The notes under the pieces were generated by a model. That model was not told the DNA's origin. It did not search any database and saw only the letters and a program-made list of their open reading frames with translations. Positions 45,156 through 55,908 of a DNA stretch of 63,947 nucleotides are shown here, piece after piece. Position numbers and translations under genes: made by a program. Numbering within the stretch: the stretch's first letter is position 1; every line of letters begins with the position of its first letter. The stretch is from the NCBI GenBank assembly GCA_021650775.1, contig JAHSRM010000060.1, forward strand, positions 1 to 63,947. The letters are read 5' to 3'. The stretch comes from Candidatus Benthortus lauensis (lineage in GTDB: Archaea > Thermoproteota > Nitrososphaeria_A > Caldarchaeales > Wolframiiraptoraceae).

Positions 45156-45740
45156 ATGCTTGCGAGGTCGGTGGCTTGGCTGGTCTTCTTGGTGGCCGCC
45201 TTCGTGGCTGTGTCGGCTTCGGTCCAGTTCCTGTTCGAGGGCGTCTTGTCGGAGTTGTTTCCCGGCGCCCTGAATTATAAGAGGTATGTGGATGTCCTGG
45301 TGGCTATTGGGTTCGGGTATGGGATTGTCTCGGCCTTCGCAGGCTCGGTCTACTGGTTCATGAGGCTCACCTACGAGCATCCTCCCGCCGCCGCGGTGAG
45401 GAACGTGGTTAAGATAGTGGGGATAGGCGCCCTGGTTGCGGGTATAGCTGGCTCCATGTCGGACCCCACGGCCGGCGTGGCCATCGGCGGGTTCATAGGC
45501 ATGGTGGTTGGGTTTGCGTCGCAGCAGGTCTTGGGTCAGGCTCTCTCAGGCCTGCTCCTCCTGATTACCCGGCCCTTCATGATTGGTGATAGGGTTGATG
45601 CGGGTGGGGAGAAGGGGGTGGTGGAGGACGTGAGGGTGCTCTTCACGGTTATCAGGAGGGAGGACGGGAACCTGGCTCTGATACCGAACAACAAGCTGAT
45701 AGGCTCAAAGATAATCAAGATGGCTGGTGGAGGGGAATAA
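45156..45740 (+). CDS. small-conductance mechanosensitive channel (MscS family)
   Basis: LLLITRPFMIGDRVDAGGEKGVVEDVRVLFTVIRREDGNLALIPNNKL beta-domain signature, preceded by TM helices. First ATG is at 45156. Confidence 0.8.
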   Translation: MLARSVAWLVFLVAAFVAVSASVQFLFEGVLSELFPGALNYKRYVDVLVAIGFGYGIVSAFAGSVYWFMRLTYEHPPAAAVRNVVKIVGIGALVAGIAGSMSDPTAGVAIGGFIGMVVGFASQQVLGQALSGLLLLITRPFMIGDRVDAGGEKGVVEDVRVLFTVIRREDGNLALIPNNKLIGSKIIKMAGGGE

Positions 45741-45753
45741 GGTATATAGGTGA

Positions 45754-47811
45754 TTGGGTTCCGGGTCTCATGGACGGGGAGAAGCCGTGAGCATATACAA
45801 CTTCATGCCGCTAATCATATCCTTCGTAGCAGTGGCCACGGCAGGAGGACTATACGCATGGCTTAGGGGCAAGTCGCCTGGAAACGAGAAGATGCTGAGC
45901 ATCTCGTCTGCCATCAGGGAGGGAGCCACAGCCTTCCTCATGAGGGAATACAAGACCATCACACCCATAGGGATAATACTCGGAGTGGTCATAGCCCTGA
46001 CCTCGGGTATCCCGGCGGCAGTCTCCTTCGCTGTCGGCGCAACCCTATCGGCGATAGCGGGCATAGTCTCCATGATGACGACCATAGGCGCCGCGCCCAG
46101 GGCTGCCCAGGCCACGGAGAAGGGCATAGGAGCCACCCTGCTCACTTCCTTCCGTGGAGGGGCCACAGCCGGGCTGATAATCACCGCCATGGCCCTGCTC
46201 GCAATCACGGTCCTCTACCTAATCTACCCGGACCCTGTCTCGGTTGCTGGAGCCGGGTTCGGCGCGAGCCTCGTGGCCTTATTCATTAGGGCTGGGGGCG
46301 GAATCTACACGAAGGCGGCTGACCTTGGGGCTGACTTGGTTGGGAAGATTGAGGCCGGGATACCTGAGGATGACCCGAGGAACCCTGCCACGATAGCCGA
46401 CAACGTGGGGGACAACGTGGGAGACGCAGCGGGGATGGGGGCAGACATCTACGAGTCCTATGTTGTAACGCTTCTTGCGGCCATGCTTCTCGGAGGGATA
46501 ATAGGCGAGATACCTCTGGTAATCTACCCACTCCTGATAGGCGGCTCAGGGCTCATAGCATCCATCATAGGTGTCTTCACGGTCGGTGGAAGGAACGTTG
46601 AGAACCCCATGAGGCCTCTTACAACGGCCTTCCTCGTCTCGGCAGCCCTCGCAGTAATCATCAACGCATTCATAACCCTGCAGATATTCGGGGCAAGCCA
46701 GGTCGCATACTCCCTCCTCGCAGCCACGATACTAGGAGTGATACTCGTCCCCATAATCCAGAGGATAACCGACTACTACACCAACTACGTCTATGGCCCC
46801 GTCAAGGAGGTGGCCGAGGCAACCAAGATAGGGCATAGCGCCAACATACTCGAGGGAATCAGCCAGGGCCTCAAGTCCACCCTCCCCCTAGCCGCCTCAC
46901 TGATAATCGCTATTGCTGCGAGCTACTACCTGGCATACTCGGCGACCGGGGAGAGCCTCTACGGAATCTATGCGACCGCTATAACGACCATGGCGATGCT
47001 GAGCCTCTCGGGCATAGTCCTCTCCATAGACAGCTTCGGCCCCGTGAGCGACAACGCAGGCGGGATAGTCGAGATGGCTGGGCTGAGCGAGGAGAACCGC
47101 ATGGTAACCGACAAGCTCGACGCAGTCGGGAACACCGCCAAGGCCACCACGAAAGGCTTCGCAATAGCGAGCGCCGCCCTCGCAGCCCTGGCCATGATAC
47201 AGGCATTCCTCCACGAGGCCCAGAAGTTCTTCCCAGGCAAAGCCTTCGAGTATAGCTTGACCAACCCGGCGGTGATAATCGGCCTCATGGTCGGCGCCCT
47301 ACTTCCATTCTACATTAGCAGCAGGCTGATTAAGGCGGTTGGGGCAACGGCCTCGAGGATAGTCGAGGAGGTTAGGAGGCAGTTTAGGGAGAAGCCCGGG
47401 ATACTCGAGTGGAGGGAGAAGCCCGACTATGCAAGAGTAGTGGACCTGGCGACCAACGGCGCCTTAAGGGAGCTCCTAACGCCGGCGGCCATAGTAATCC
47501 TCACACCGATAATCGTGGGAGTGCTCCTGGGTCCAGAGGCGGTGGTGGGAGTGCTGACAGGAGCGGTTCTAAGCGGGCTATACCTGGCATACCACATGGC
47601 GAACAGCGGGGCGGCGTGGGACAACGCCAAGAAGTATCTCGAGGTCCTGGGTAAGAAGAAGACGCCTGAGCACGCCATAGCGGTCTCGGGAGACCTGGTA
47701 GGAGACCCCTACAAGGACACGGCCGGCCCAGCCCTCAACACAGTAATCAAGGTCCTCAACACCGTGGCCATAGTCTTCGCCCCAATCTTCATAGGCCTGA
47801 TAGCCCTCTAA
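45754..47811 (+). CDS. hppA: membrane-bound H+-translocating pyrophosphatase
   Basis: ADNVGDNVGDAAGMGADIYESY and DAVGNTAKATTKGFAI / GDLVGDPYKDTAGPALN signature motifs. The start codon is uncertain (an alternative is about 45805). Confidence 0.95.
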   Translation: MGSGSHGRGEAVSIYNFMPLIISFVAVATAGGLYAWLRGKSPGNEKMLSISSAIREGATAFLMREYKTITPIGIILGVVIALTSGIPAAVSFAVGATLSAIAGIVSMMTTIGAAPRAAQATEKGIGATLLTSFRGGATAGLIITAMALLAITVLYLIYPDPVSVAGAGFGASLVALFIRAGGGIYTKAADLGADLVGKIEAGIPEDDPRNPATIADNVGDNVGDAAGMGADIYESYVVTLLAAMLLGGIIGEIPLVIYPLLIGGSGLIASIIGVFTVGGRNVENPMRPLTTAFLVSAALAVIINAFITLQIFGASQVAYSLLAATILGVILVPIIQRITDYYTNYVYGPVKEVAEATKIGHSANILEGISQGLKSTLPLAASLIIAIAASYYLAYSATGESLYGIYATAITTMAMLSLSGIVLSIDSFGPVSDNAGGIVEMAGLSEENRMVTDKLDAVGNTAKATTKGFAIASAALAALAMIQAFLHEAQKFFPGKAFEYSLTNPAVIIGLMVGALLPFYISSRLIKAVGATASRIVEEVRRQFREKPGILEWREKPDYARVVDLATNGALRELLTPAAIVILTPIIVGVLLGPEAVVGVLTGAVLSGLYLAYHMANSGAAWDNAKKYLEVLGKKKTPEHAIAVSGDLVGDPYKDTAGPALNTVIKVLNTVAIVFAPIFIGLIAL

Positions 47812-47870
47812 CCCATTTTCGCCCACCCCTCCAAAAAGGTTAAGTCGCCGGCCCCCAACAACCCTAATGG

Positions 47871-48980
47871 ATGCGGGCCTCAGGGGTAGCCGACCTACCG
47901 CTCCACAGCGGGCCAGTCCCACCATGGCTGATGCCTAGGATGAGGGCCCTCGCATCTAGGATAGTGAGGGTCATAGTCGATGAGTATGGGGTGGGGGAGC
48001 TTCTGAGAAGGATGGGGGACCCATTCTGGTTCCAGTCCCTCGGATGCGTCCTGGGCTTCGACTGGCACTCAAGCGGCCTGACAACCGTTGTCTCGGGTGC
48101 GTTGAGGGAGGCCCTGAGGCTTGAGGAGCATGGGGTTGCGGTTGCAGGCGGCAAGGGGCTTATGGGGAGACGGGTTCCCGAGATGGTTAGGGCGGCTGGC
48201 CTGGGCGAGGAGGTCTCCGAGAGGGTCATACACGCCAGCAGGATGGCCGCCAAGGTCGATAACTCCGTCCTCCAAGACGGCTACACAATCTACCACCACG
48301 TAATCCTCTTCACCGAGCGTGGCGAGTGGGCGGTAATCCAGCAGGGAATGAACCCGGAGATAGGGTATGCGAGGAGATACCACTGGGTCGGGGAGCGGGT
48401 CAAGAGCTTCGTCGAGGAACCACACTCAGGAATAGCAGGCCAGAGGAGGGAGCAGATGGTCCTCAACATGGTGTCGAGGAGGAGCGAGGAGGCCAGGAAG
48501 GCCTCGGTGGACATGGCCTCGGAGAGGCCTGAGAGGATTGTGAGGACGCTAAACCAGCTCATGAGGAGGCAGGAGACCCTGGCCAGATGGATGGGGGAGA
48601 AAGGCGATGTCAAGGCGCCCAGCCACCTCTATATGCCGAGGAGAATCGACTGGAAGACCCTGAGAAGAATCTACGAGGTTAGGCCTAGGAACTATGAGGA
48701 GCTTGTAGGCATAAGGGGGGTCGGCCCAACGACCATAAGAGCCCTGGCCCTGGTCGCGGCAATAATACATGGGGCCGAGCCTGACTGGAGGGACCCGGTC
48801 AAGTTTACCTTCGCTGTGGGCGGGAAGGACGGTGTCCCCAGACCCATCTCACGTAGGACCTATGACAAGGTTATAGGCTTCATGAGGGAGGTTGTGGAGG
48901 CCTCGGGGGTAGGTGCTGAGGAGAGGAGGGCTGCCCTAAGAAGGCTCTTCACCCTCGAGAGGATGCTCTACGGCCCCTGA
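47871..48980 (+). CDS. DUF763-family protein
   Basis: ADLPLHSGPVPPWL...DPFWFQSLGCVLGFDWHSSGLTT matches my recollection of the DUF763 N-terminal signature. Confidence 0.6.
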   Translation: MRASGVADLPLHSGPVPPWLMPRMRALASRIVRVIVDEYGVGELLRRMGDPFWFQSLGCVLGFDWHSSGLTTVVSGALREALRLEEHGVAVAGGKGLMGRRVPEMVRAAGLGEEVSERVIHASRMAAKVDNSVLQDGYTIYHHVILFTERGEWAVIQQGMNPEIGYARRYHWVGERVKSFVEEPHSGIAGQRREQMVLNMVSRRSEEARKASVDMASERPERIVRTLNQLMRRQETLARWMGEKGDVKAPSHLYMPRRIDWKTLRRIYEVRPRNYEELVGIRGVGPTTIRALALVAAIIHGAEPDWRDPVKFTFAVGGKDGVPRPISRRTYDKVIGFMREVVEASGVGAEERRAALRRLFTLERMLYGP

Positions 48981-49958
48981 ACCCATCTCCCACACAGCCC
49001 AGACCAGGAACACCCCCGAGACAACCAGGGGAACATGGTAGCTGGCAATCCTCCAAGCGACTACGGCGGGCCAAGGAGCATCACCATAGACGGCCATAGC
49101 CGAGAGGGCTGCCCCAAGCTCGCTTAAACCCGAGCCACCTATGGTTACCGGTATGGTCGAGAGGGCGACGGCTGCATAAGATATCATCAAGGCCTCGTAG
49201 AGCGTTGTTGGGAGACCTGCCGAGGATAGGGCTGCCTGCAGGGATGCGGCCCACAGGATTGCCGACATGGCGGTGAATCCGAGGCCTGCCGCCACAACCC
49301 TCCTTGACCCGCTCTCCATGATGCTCCTCGAGACCCTTGAGAACTCCTCCAAGGCCTCGTTCACCCGCCCTATGATTCCCGAGCCCCTCTCGCCGAGCAG
49401 TCTAACCACCAAGTCCGAGAGAATCCTGGGAACCCTCAGGCCACGCCTCACAGAGTATAGTATCAGGAGTATGTGCCCGAGGAGAACCGTGGCCGAGATA
49501 GCCGCAACTATAATGCCTAGTATCAGGGCGTTGTGGAGGAGTAGGTAGACGGCTGCCGCAAGGGATAGTATCGTCCCAACCGAGACGTCGAAGAATATCT
49601 CGATGTATGACATCCAGGCCGCCTTACCCGGCTCCACGCCCTTCCTCGCAAGCCACCCAAATCTGAAGGCCTCGTCGCCCACGTAGGCGAATGAGAGGAG
49701 GGCCACGAACTCGCTTGCAATCCTCACGGGTATGGCCTTGAGGAAGCCCAGCTCACCTGAGTAGCGTTCCACTATGAATGCGAAGCGTATGCTCCTCATG
49801 AGGAGTGAGCCGAGGGAGAGGAGGGAGGAGGCCACGAATGCCTGGAGGCTTACCTTGGCGAGGTCATCCAAACCCACGCCCGAGAAGACCGATATGACGG
49901 CGAGTATAATGACGCTGACAGAGACTCCTACGAGAATCCTCCTAAGTATTCCCCGCAA
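48936..49958 (-). CDS. flippase-like / lysyl-PG synthase TM-region (UPF0104-like) membrane protein
   Basis: Polytopic membrane protein divergent from a GT2 gene. The top of the ORF (to 50117) is antisense to that GT2 gene, so a TTG at 49958 is the proposed start. Confidence 0.45.
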   Translation of the reverse strand: MRGILRRILVGVSVSVIILAVISVFSGVGLDDLAKVSLQAFVASSLLSLGSLLMRSIRFAFIVERYSGELGFLKAIPVRIASEFVALLSFAYVGDEAFRFGWLARKGVEPGKAAWMSYIEIFFDVSVGTILSLAAAVYLLLHNALILGIIVAAISATVLLGHILLILYSVRRGLRVPRILSDLVVRLLGERGSGIIGRVNEALEEFSRVSRSIMESGSRRVVAAGLGFTAMSAILWAASLQAALSSAGLPTTLYEALMISYAAVALSTIPVTIGGSGLSELGAALSAMAVYGDAPWPAVVAWRIASYHVPLVVSGVFLVWAVWEMGSGAVEHPLEGEEPS

Positions 49959-50021
49959 CCCCAGAGGGCTAAACCCTCCCCATAAATTTATAGTGTAATC
50001 AGGGAGACAACCCCATGAGAC

Positions 50022-50906
50022 GTGTTGAGGATTACGGTCGGCATCCCATCCTACAATGAGGGGATGGGCCTCGTCCACCTCCTCCATCAACTCTCCAAGC
50101 AGAGGCTCGGCAACCACAGGATAATCGAGGTAATAGTCTCGGATGACAGCGACGACGGGACACCCGAGCTTGTCCGGAGGCTTGTCAGGGACACGCCCTA
50201 TAACCTGAGGTTAATCCATCATGGGGAGAGGCGGGGCGTGGCCGAGGCCTGGAACGAGATATTCGGTGAGGCGGAGGGAGACGTGATAGCCCTCTACGAC
50301 GCCGACGTAATCCTAGAACACGACACAACCCTCAACCTCGTGAAACACCTAAGGGACCGAGTAGGGATAACGGCCTCCAACACCCTCCCACTAAAAGCCA
50401 AGACAATAGCTGGAAGAGCATCCGAGGCAGTGGCGAGGTGGCTGAGAAGGATGAGGCTGAGAAACCCTGAGGCACAGTTCACGGTCATGGGCAGAGGACT
50501 AGCATTAAGAAGGGAGCTCGCAGAGGCGGTCCACATACCCCGGAACGTGATAGCGGTAGACCTATACCTCCAGCTCTCCGCCGAGAAGCTTGGATGGAGC
50601 GTCAGGTATGTGGATGAAGCCCGTGTGTGGTTTAGGCCTGTGGAGAGCTTCAGGGACTTCGCATCACAGGTTATTCGAGCCTATCTGGGTCATAGGCAGT
50701 TGAGGAGGCTTGGGGCAGGCTCGGCGGGATGGGTGGGGCTTAGGGAGCAGATGCGGGTCTTCCTAGAGATACTTGGGGAGGACCTGGGGCTAATCATGCC
50801 TACACTCGCATCCTACATCCTCACGTTCATCCTCGCACCACGCCTCCTCCCACGCTCAGGAACCCACAGATGGGAGATTGCCATGACATCGAAGGACAGG
50901 GAGTAA
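50022..50906 (+). CDS. family 2 glycosyltransferase
   Basis: ITVGIPSYNEG N-terminus, VSDDSDDGT, and ALYDADV (DxD). Confidence 0.8.
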   Translation: MLRITVGIPSYNEGMGLVHLLHQLSKQRLGNHRIIEVIVSDDSDDGTPELVRRLVRDTPYNLRLIHHGERRGVAEAWNEIFGEAEGDVIALYDADVILEHDTTLNLVKHLRDRVGITASNTLPLKAKTIAGRASEAVARWLRRMRLRNPEAQFTVMGRGLALRRELAEAVHIPRNVIAVDLYLQLSAEKLGWSVRYVDEARVWFRPVESFRDFASQVIRAYLGHRQLRRLGAGSAGWVGLREQMRVFLEILGEDLGLIMPTLASYILTFILAPRLLPRSGTHRWEIAMTSKDRE

Positions 50907-51042
50907 TATAGCCGATGATTGAAGCCTCTCAACGGCATACAATCCACCCAATCCGGGTAAATCTTTTAAACAATCCACCTGCCTAAAGAATGCGGTAACC
51001 TCAAGTTTCTCGAGATGATTTGGAAAGAGGTAGAGCCTGCTC

Positions 51043-51657
51043 ATGGAGGAGGTTGTAGAGGCGCTGAAGAGGGGAGTCCATGTAGGCGGGCTGAGAGTCT
51101 ATGCGGGCCGGGTCTTCCCAGGCAGGTTCCCCGAGGAGATTAACCTGGAGGTCTATGTGGAGGATGGTGGGAGGCTCCTCAACATTAAGGTGTTTAAGGG
51201 CCGGGGCTTCTACCGCCCATGGGCCGAGATATTCGGCATAGTTCCAAGGGTAAGGGTGGGTCGGAGGGAGCTCCATTACTTCGGCTCGGAGGTCGAGGAC
51301 GCTGTCCTCAGGCTCTTCCCAATCCCGCCTGGGGGGAGGCTCTTCGTCGAGTATTATGAGGATGAGGAGACCTGGAGGGAGATGAGGCACGGCGTCCCCC
51401 CGCCTGCCACCAGGCTGGGATACAAGCTCCTCAAGCTCGGATACACGTGGTTCAAGGACTGGTATTATCCGGAGGGGTTCATGGAGGGTGGGATAAAGCT
51501 CCAGGCCGAGAGGCCGCTTGGCCCCGAGGCTGAGAGGAGGCATCTAAGGGAGATTAGGGAGGAGTTGGAGAGGTTCCTGGAGAGGGGGAGCATCTTCCCA
51601 GATGCGTTGAGGCGTGCTGAGAAAATATTGGGGGAGATTGGGGGGAGGCTGGGGTAG
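51043..51657 (+). CDS. conserved hypothetical protein
   Basis: 204-aa ORF with coding-like composition. No motif confidently recognised. Confidence 0.45.
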   Translation: MEEVVEALKRGVHVGGLRVYAGRVFPGRFPEEINLEVYVEDGGRLLNIKVFKGRGFYRPWAEIFGIVPRVRVGRRELHYFGSEVEDAVLRLFPIPPGGRLFVEYYEDEETWREMRHGVPPPATRLGYKLLKLGYTWFKDWYYPEGFMEGGIKLQAERPLGPEAERRHLREIREELERFLERGSIFPDALRRAEKILGEIGGRLG

Positions 51658-51659
51658 CC

Positions 51660-52106
51660 CTACTTCTTCCTCATGCACTCCAGCATAGCCTTCATGGCCC
51701 TCATCATTCCATAGAACTCGGGGCTCCTCATTAGGTCGAGTAGCTCGAAGAACCCCGCCTTTTTTTCAGGCGTCTTCTTAAACTCCTCCCAGGCCTTCTC
51801 TATGCATGGCGGCGTGTTCTCCGCGACCTCGTATATCATGGGGTGGTTTAGCTTGCTGATGAAGTAGATTAGCATCATCATGTTCCCCATGGCTCCCATC
51901 AGCTCAGGCCTCATCAGGTAGTTGAATCCCTCCTCGAAGCTCTCCGCCAGAGCCGACACGCCTGCCAGGAGGCCCGTGTCCTTCATCTTCTCAAGGGTGT
52001 CCAGCAGCTGCTCGAGTGCATCTGCGTTGTCTGCAAGTTTCTCGAGTAGTTTTGCGAGCTTCTCGGCCTTCTCCTCAGGTAGACCCGAGATACTTATCGA
52101 CGCCAT
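51660..52106 (-). CDS. DUF1641-family protein
   Basis: A helical acidic protein immediately downstream of the SQR-like gene, which is the usual DUF1641 context. Start placed at MASISISG, 4 nt after the upstream stop. Confidence 0.6.
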   Translation of the reverse strand: MASISISGLPEEKAEKLAKLLEKLADNADALEQLLDTLEKMKDTGLLAGVSALAESFEEGFNYLMRPELMGAMGNMMMLIYFISKLNHPMIYEVAENTPPCIEKAWEEFKKTPEKKAGFFELLDLMRSPEFYGMMRAMKAMLECMRKK

Positions 52107-52110
52107 GCCC

Positions 52111-53271
52111 TCACCTCCCGAATATCTCTGCGAACCACATCTTCTCGAACATGACCTTCGCACCCCTGAAGGCCTTCATCCCGCCTAGGACCCAGCACTC
52201 AGGATACTCAGATACGCCGTCTATGACTCCTGAGAAGTCGCAGAAGACCGCTGCCCCAAGGTATCCCACATCCATTACGCAGACCCCTGTCTTGTTGTAG
52301 GTCATGGCCATGTAGGTTCCCTTGACCTCGTCTATTATCTGAGAGGCCACGAAGTCTCCCTCGAAGTGGGCGAAGACTCCCGCCATGCCCAGGTTCAGGG
52401 TTGAGGCAACTATGTCCCCTACCCCGAAGACGTCATCATACTTGGGGTTCCTGAGCGTCTTCCTGCTTACGTTCATGTATCCCGTGTCCTTGCTTATCAG
52501 CTCGGTTCCCTCGATTGGTCTAGCCGGCCTATGGGGTGGGATAACCACAGCCAAGTCATACTCGAGTTCATCGCCCTTCTTCGAGACAATCCTCTTCTTC
52601 TCGCCGTCAATCCTCTCGGTCTCCCACGAGCCTATGAACTCCACGTTAAATTGCTCCAGGAATCCCTTGAACATGTTCTGCATGAAGGGGCCGAATGGCT
52701 CCATGGGAACCCTCCATGGGTGGAAGACTGTTATCTCGGTTTTCTCGGAGACACCCCTCTGCTCGGAGAGGTATCGGAGCATTAGGGCGAGCTCGAAGGG
52801 TGCTGGGGAGCATCGGTAGGGAACGGAGGCGGGGCCGACGAGAATCTTTCCTCCCCTGAACCTTGCGACGGCCTCCCTGAGCTTGAGTGCGTCATTAAGC
52901 TCCCATGCATGGTATGCTTTGTCTGCCCCTGGGAGGAGGTCTGGCCTCAGCTCGGCTCCCAGAGCAACTATCAGGTAATCGTAGTCCAGCGTCCTCTTGC
53001 TCGTCTTGACCTTACGCTCCGCAGGGTTTATGTCCGTTACCTCCTCGTTGAGTATCTTGACGCCCCTCTCGCCCAGAAGGCTGAGCGGCCTCCTAACGTC
53101 ATCAGGCTCCCTAATCCCCATAGTTACCCAGAGGTATGATGGCCGGAACTCGTGGTATGGATTCTTATCCACAAGAGTTATCTCGACAGAGTCCTTGAGA
53201 CGCTTAGCGAGCCTGGAGGCAACAACTACGCCCCCGGCTCCACCCCCTAAAATCAGCACCTTTTTCATCAA
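52111..53271 (-). CDS. FAD-dependent pyridine nucleotide-disulfide oxidoreductase, sulfide:quinone oxidoreductase-like
   Basis: KKVLILGGGAGGVVVASRL dinucleotide fold, a CSPAPFE cysteine region and GVGD. Paired with a DUF1641 gene. Confidence 0.75.
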   Translation of the reverse strand: MMKKVLILGGGAGGVVVASRLAKRLKDSVEITLVDKNPYHEFRPSYLWVTMGIREPDDVRRPLSLLGERGVKILNEEVTDINPAERKVKTSKRTLDYDYLIVALGAELRPDLLPGADKAYHAWELNDALKLREAVARFRGGKILVGPASVPYRCSPAPFELALMLRYLSEQRGVSEKTEITVFHPWRVPMEPFGPFMQNMFKGFLEQFNVEFIGSWETERIDGEKKRIVSKKGDELEYDLAVVIPPHRPARPIEGTELISKDTGYMNVSRKTLRNPKYDDVFGVGDIVASTLNLGMAGVFAHFEGDFVASQIIDEVKGTYMAMTYNKTGVCVMDVGYLGAAVFCDFSGVIDGVSEYPECWVLGGMKAFRGAKVMFEKMWFAEIFGR

Positions 53272-53440
53272 ATGTAATTCTCCTAATGCTCATAAAAACC
53301 TTGACCAGGCATTAACATTTGACTAACCTATCATAGCCTCTTGTTATGTTTAGTCAGGACGGGTATCAGACTTCATCACCCTGTTTTGGGCTCCGTTTTA
53401 CCCGCTCTCATCATCCCCCAAAATTGTGGGCTGGAGGTTG

Positions 53441-54226
53441 TTAAAGGGTTTTCGGCGTTATATGGAATTCGCAGTGGGTGTCTCCTTTACAGATGCATTG
53501 TATCTCCCTTGACTCCATCTCCCTGTTGAATAGTGATTCTATGAAGCCTTGGAAGAATCCCCTGAGGTAGTGGCATTGAGGCTCGTCGTATCCCCCACCT
53601 ATATACTCCGACTCCCAGCTGTTCCTCACGACTACTACTGTCTCACCCGTCTTCTCATCCATCTTCTTTAGCTCGGCATCGTATTGGCCGAATGCCTTGC
53701 CGCTGTATAGGAATCTTAGGAACAGCTCCCTCGGGCTTAGCTCCCCCCTCTCGCCCACGGCCTCCCTACCCCTATCCAGCCCACCCGAGTATCCTGCGTA
53801 ATACATTATGACGTTAGCCGCCGAGACCCCCAGCCTCTTCCTATATCCCTTTATCATGCTTCCGAGGACGGGGGCTGAGAAGATTACCGCCCTTCTCCCG
53901 AAGACCTTCAGGGGGAAGAAGGTGCTGACGGCGAAGCCCTCAATCTCGTAGTCTACCCAGATTATGCTCTCGGCCCTTATGCTCCTCCTAAGCTCCTCAA
54001 CCACGCCGTTCTTATCGAAGTCCTCGGAGGGCAGCCTGACGCAGACATACACATCCACCTTATCGTCGCTCAGGTTCCCGGATATAAGGGCCCTAATCGA
54101 CAGCCTCCTCTCCCTCAGAATCTTCGAGAGCTGGTAGAGCATCTCGGGACTATTCTCGGCACCTCTGACCTCTATGCCCGCCAGCAGGGCTCCGGGCTCG
54201 TCTATGACGAGGGGTAGTTCGAACAT
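53441..54226 (-). CDS. V4R-domain protein
   Basis: C-terminal CHYLRGFFQGFIESL...CICKGDTHCEFHI, typical of the V4R (4-vinyl reductase) small-molecule-binding domain. Confidence 0.55.
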   Translation of the reverse strand: MFELPLVIDEPGALLAGIEVRGAENSPEMLYQLSKILRERRLSIRALISGNLSDDKVDVYVCVRLPSEDFDKNGVVEELRRSIRAESIIWVDYEIEGFAVSTFFPLKVFGRRAVIFSAPVLGSMIKGYRKRLGVSAANVIMYYAGYSGGLDRGREAVGERGELSPRELFLRFLYSGKAFGQYDAELKKMDEKTGETVVVVRNSWESEYIGGGYDEPQCHYLRGFFQGFIESLFNREMESREIQCICKGDTHCEFHITPKTL

Positions 54227-54273
54227 AATTTCGTAAAATTTTTTGCAATAATGTTATATAGGTGTTTAGCCCC

Positions 54274-54768
54274 CTAAAACTTATACCCTATCTTTCGCAG
54301 GAACTCCCGCCTCTCCTTTATGTGCTGGTCCCCCTCCACGCCCTTCGGCTTATACCCGTCTATCACGCCTATCACGCCCCTTCCTTGGCCACTCTCGAGG
54401 ACTATCACTTGGAGGGGGTTGGCGGTTGCGGCTAGTATGGTGCAGACCTCGGGGACGGACTTTATCCTCTGGGTTACGTTGATTGGGTAGAGGTTCCGGA
54501 GGTAGATGAGGAATGTGTGGCCGCATCCAATCCTGAGGAGGGTCTCGGCGGCCAGCCTCCTAAGCTCCTCGTCGGTTCCTTCATGACGGATAAGGCAGGG
54601 GCCGCTCGCCTCTGCGAAGGCTAGGCCGAACTTCGCTCCGGGGACGGTGTTCACTATCGCCTCATAGAGGTCCTCGACGGTCTTGATGAAGTGGCTTATC
54701 CCGAAGATGACGTTACATCCCTCGGGAATCTTAACATCAACTATCTCTATCTTGAACTCGCCGCTCAT
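54274..54768 (-). CDS. adenosine-specific kinase family (PF04008-like) protein
   Basis: [48 protein letters not shown] and [20 protein letters not shown] match my recollection of this family. Confidence 0.65.
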   Translation of the reverse strand: MSGEFKIEIVDVKIPEGCNVIFGISHFIKTVEDLYEAIVNTVPGAKFGLAFAEASGPCLIRHEGTDEELRRLAAETLLRIGCGHTFLIYLRNLYPINVTQRIKSVPEVCTILAATANPLQVIVLESGQGRGVIGVIDGYKPKGVEGDQHIKERREFLRKIGYKF

Positions 54769-54803
54769 ACATACAAGCTGGAGGAATGGGAAATTAACCT
54801 TTT

Positions 54804-55868
54804 CTAATACTCCCTCTTAATCAGGAACTCCGTCAACGCCTTGAGCTTCTCCTTCGCATGCGACTCCTCTAGGGACTCGTCGAGTAGCTTCAGGGCCCTC
54901 TCTATGTGTTGGCGGCAGACCTTCCTCGCATACTCGACTGAGCCGGCCTTCTTGATTAGCTCTATCGCCTCTCTAATCAGCTCGGGGTTATTCGTCCTCA
55001 TGTTTAGTATCTCTTTCAGCCTCTGGGCCTCTGCTGGGGGCAGGTTCTTGAGTGCGTGGATTACCATAAGGGTTCTCTTCCCCTCCTTTATGTCCCCTCC
55101 AATCTCCTTTCCATACTTCTCCTCCTCCCCAACTATGTTGAGTATGTCATCCTGTATCTGGAATCCAACCGCCATAACCTCTGCGTATCTCTCGAGCCTT
55201 AGCCTGACTTCGGGATGCGTTCCGGCAAGTATTGAGGCTATGTTTGTTGCGAATCGTGCTAATGCCCCTGCCTTGAAGAGCGTCATCTGAAGGTATTGCT
55301 CCTCGTCTATCTTCTCCACCATCCCCCTGTGCCACGCTATGTCCATGGCCTGGCCTATGCTCAGCTCCGTCATCGTCCTAACATAGTCCTCTAGTATTGC
55401 GAGCTTCTTCCCCTCGGGTATCTCGAGTTGGTTGAGGATTAGGAGTGGGAGGAAATACATGGTGTTGCCCATGTTTATCGCTATGTCCACGCCGTATATC
55501 TTGTGGATGCATGGCTTCCCCCTCCTGAAGTCGCTCTCATCTTCCACGTCATCCACCGCCAGGGTTCCGTTGTGTATCGCCTCTGGGATTACTGCGAGGG
55601 GGGCTATCTCCTCAGCCTCTCCGCCCAGGGCCTCATACATCATCATGGTAAGGGCTGGACGCCACCTTTTCCCACCCCTATCCATGAGGTCCCAGAAGGG
55701 TTGGAGGACCCCCTTATTCACAGACTCGGCCTCGTATCTGTATGCTGGCTCGCCTAAGATTTTCTTTAAGCCCTCCTCGTCTATTCTCCTTGGGATGTAT
55801 CTCTCGGCAGCCGCCTCGACGAGCTTGGAGTATCTTGACAGCTCTGAGGGTATGTCTATCTCGGGCAT
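54804..55868 (-). CDS. polyprenyl (geranylgeranyl) diphosphate synthase
   Basis: First Asp-rich motif [16 protein letters not shown] and second FQIQDDILN. Confidence 0.9.
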   Translation of the reverse strand: MPEIDIPSELSRYSKLVEAAAERYIPRRIDEEGLKKILGEPAYRYEAESVNKGVLQPFWDLMDRGGKRWRPALTMMMYEALGGEAEEIAPLAVIPEAIHNGTLAVDDVEDESDFRRGKPCIHKIYGVDIAINMGNTMYFLPLLILNQLEIPEGKKLAILEDYVRTMTELSIGQAMDIAWHRGMVEKIDEEQYLQMTLFKAGALARFATNIASILAGTHPEVRLRLERYAEVMAVGFQIQDDILNIVGEEEKYGKEIGGDIKEGKRTLMVIHALKNLPPAEAQRLKEILNMRTNNPELIREAIELIKKAGSVEYARKVCRQHIERALKLLDESLEESHAKEKLKALTEFLIKREY

Positions 55869-55908
55869 CTGCGGGTAGGTGGATAAGCCATGTTAAATCC
55901 CTTTCCTC

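Noticed and set aside
44834-45380. ORFs 44834-45049, 44977-45273 and 45075-45380, which cross the tRNA-Leu gene and its flanks.
   Set aside because: They overlap a well-folding tRNA and the MscS gene start. Their translations are low-complexity (W/G/C/R/F-rich).
49959-50117. Upper 53 codons of ORF 48936-50117, which overlap the divergent GT2 gene.
   Set aside because: This segment is antisense to the conserved GT2 N-terminus (ITVGIPSYNEG) and lacks membrane character. A downstream TTG start (49958) is more plausible.
52016-53326. Plus-strand ORFs (52016-52300, 52385-52819, 52997-53326 and others) opposite the SQR-like/DUF1641 genes, and similar ORFs opposite the ABC transporter operon (57105-57892, 58531-58932, 59994-61545).
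   Set aside because: They are antisense shadows of genes with strong motifs, and their translations are Ser/Leu/Pro/Arg-rich without domain signatures.
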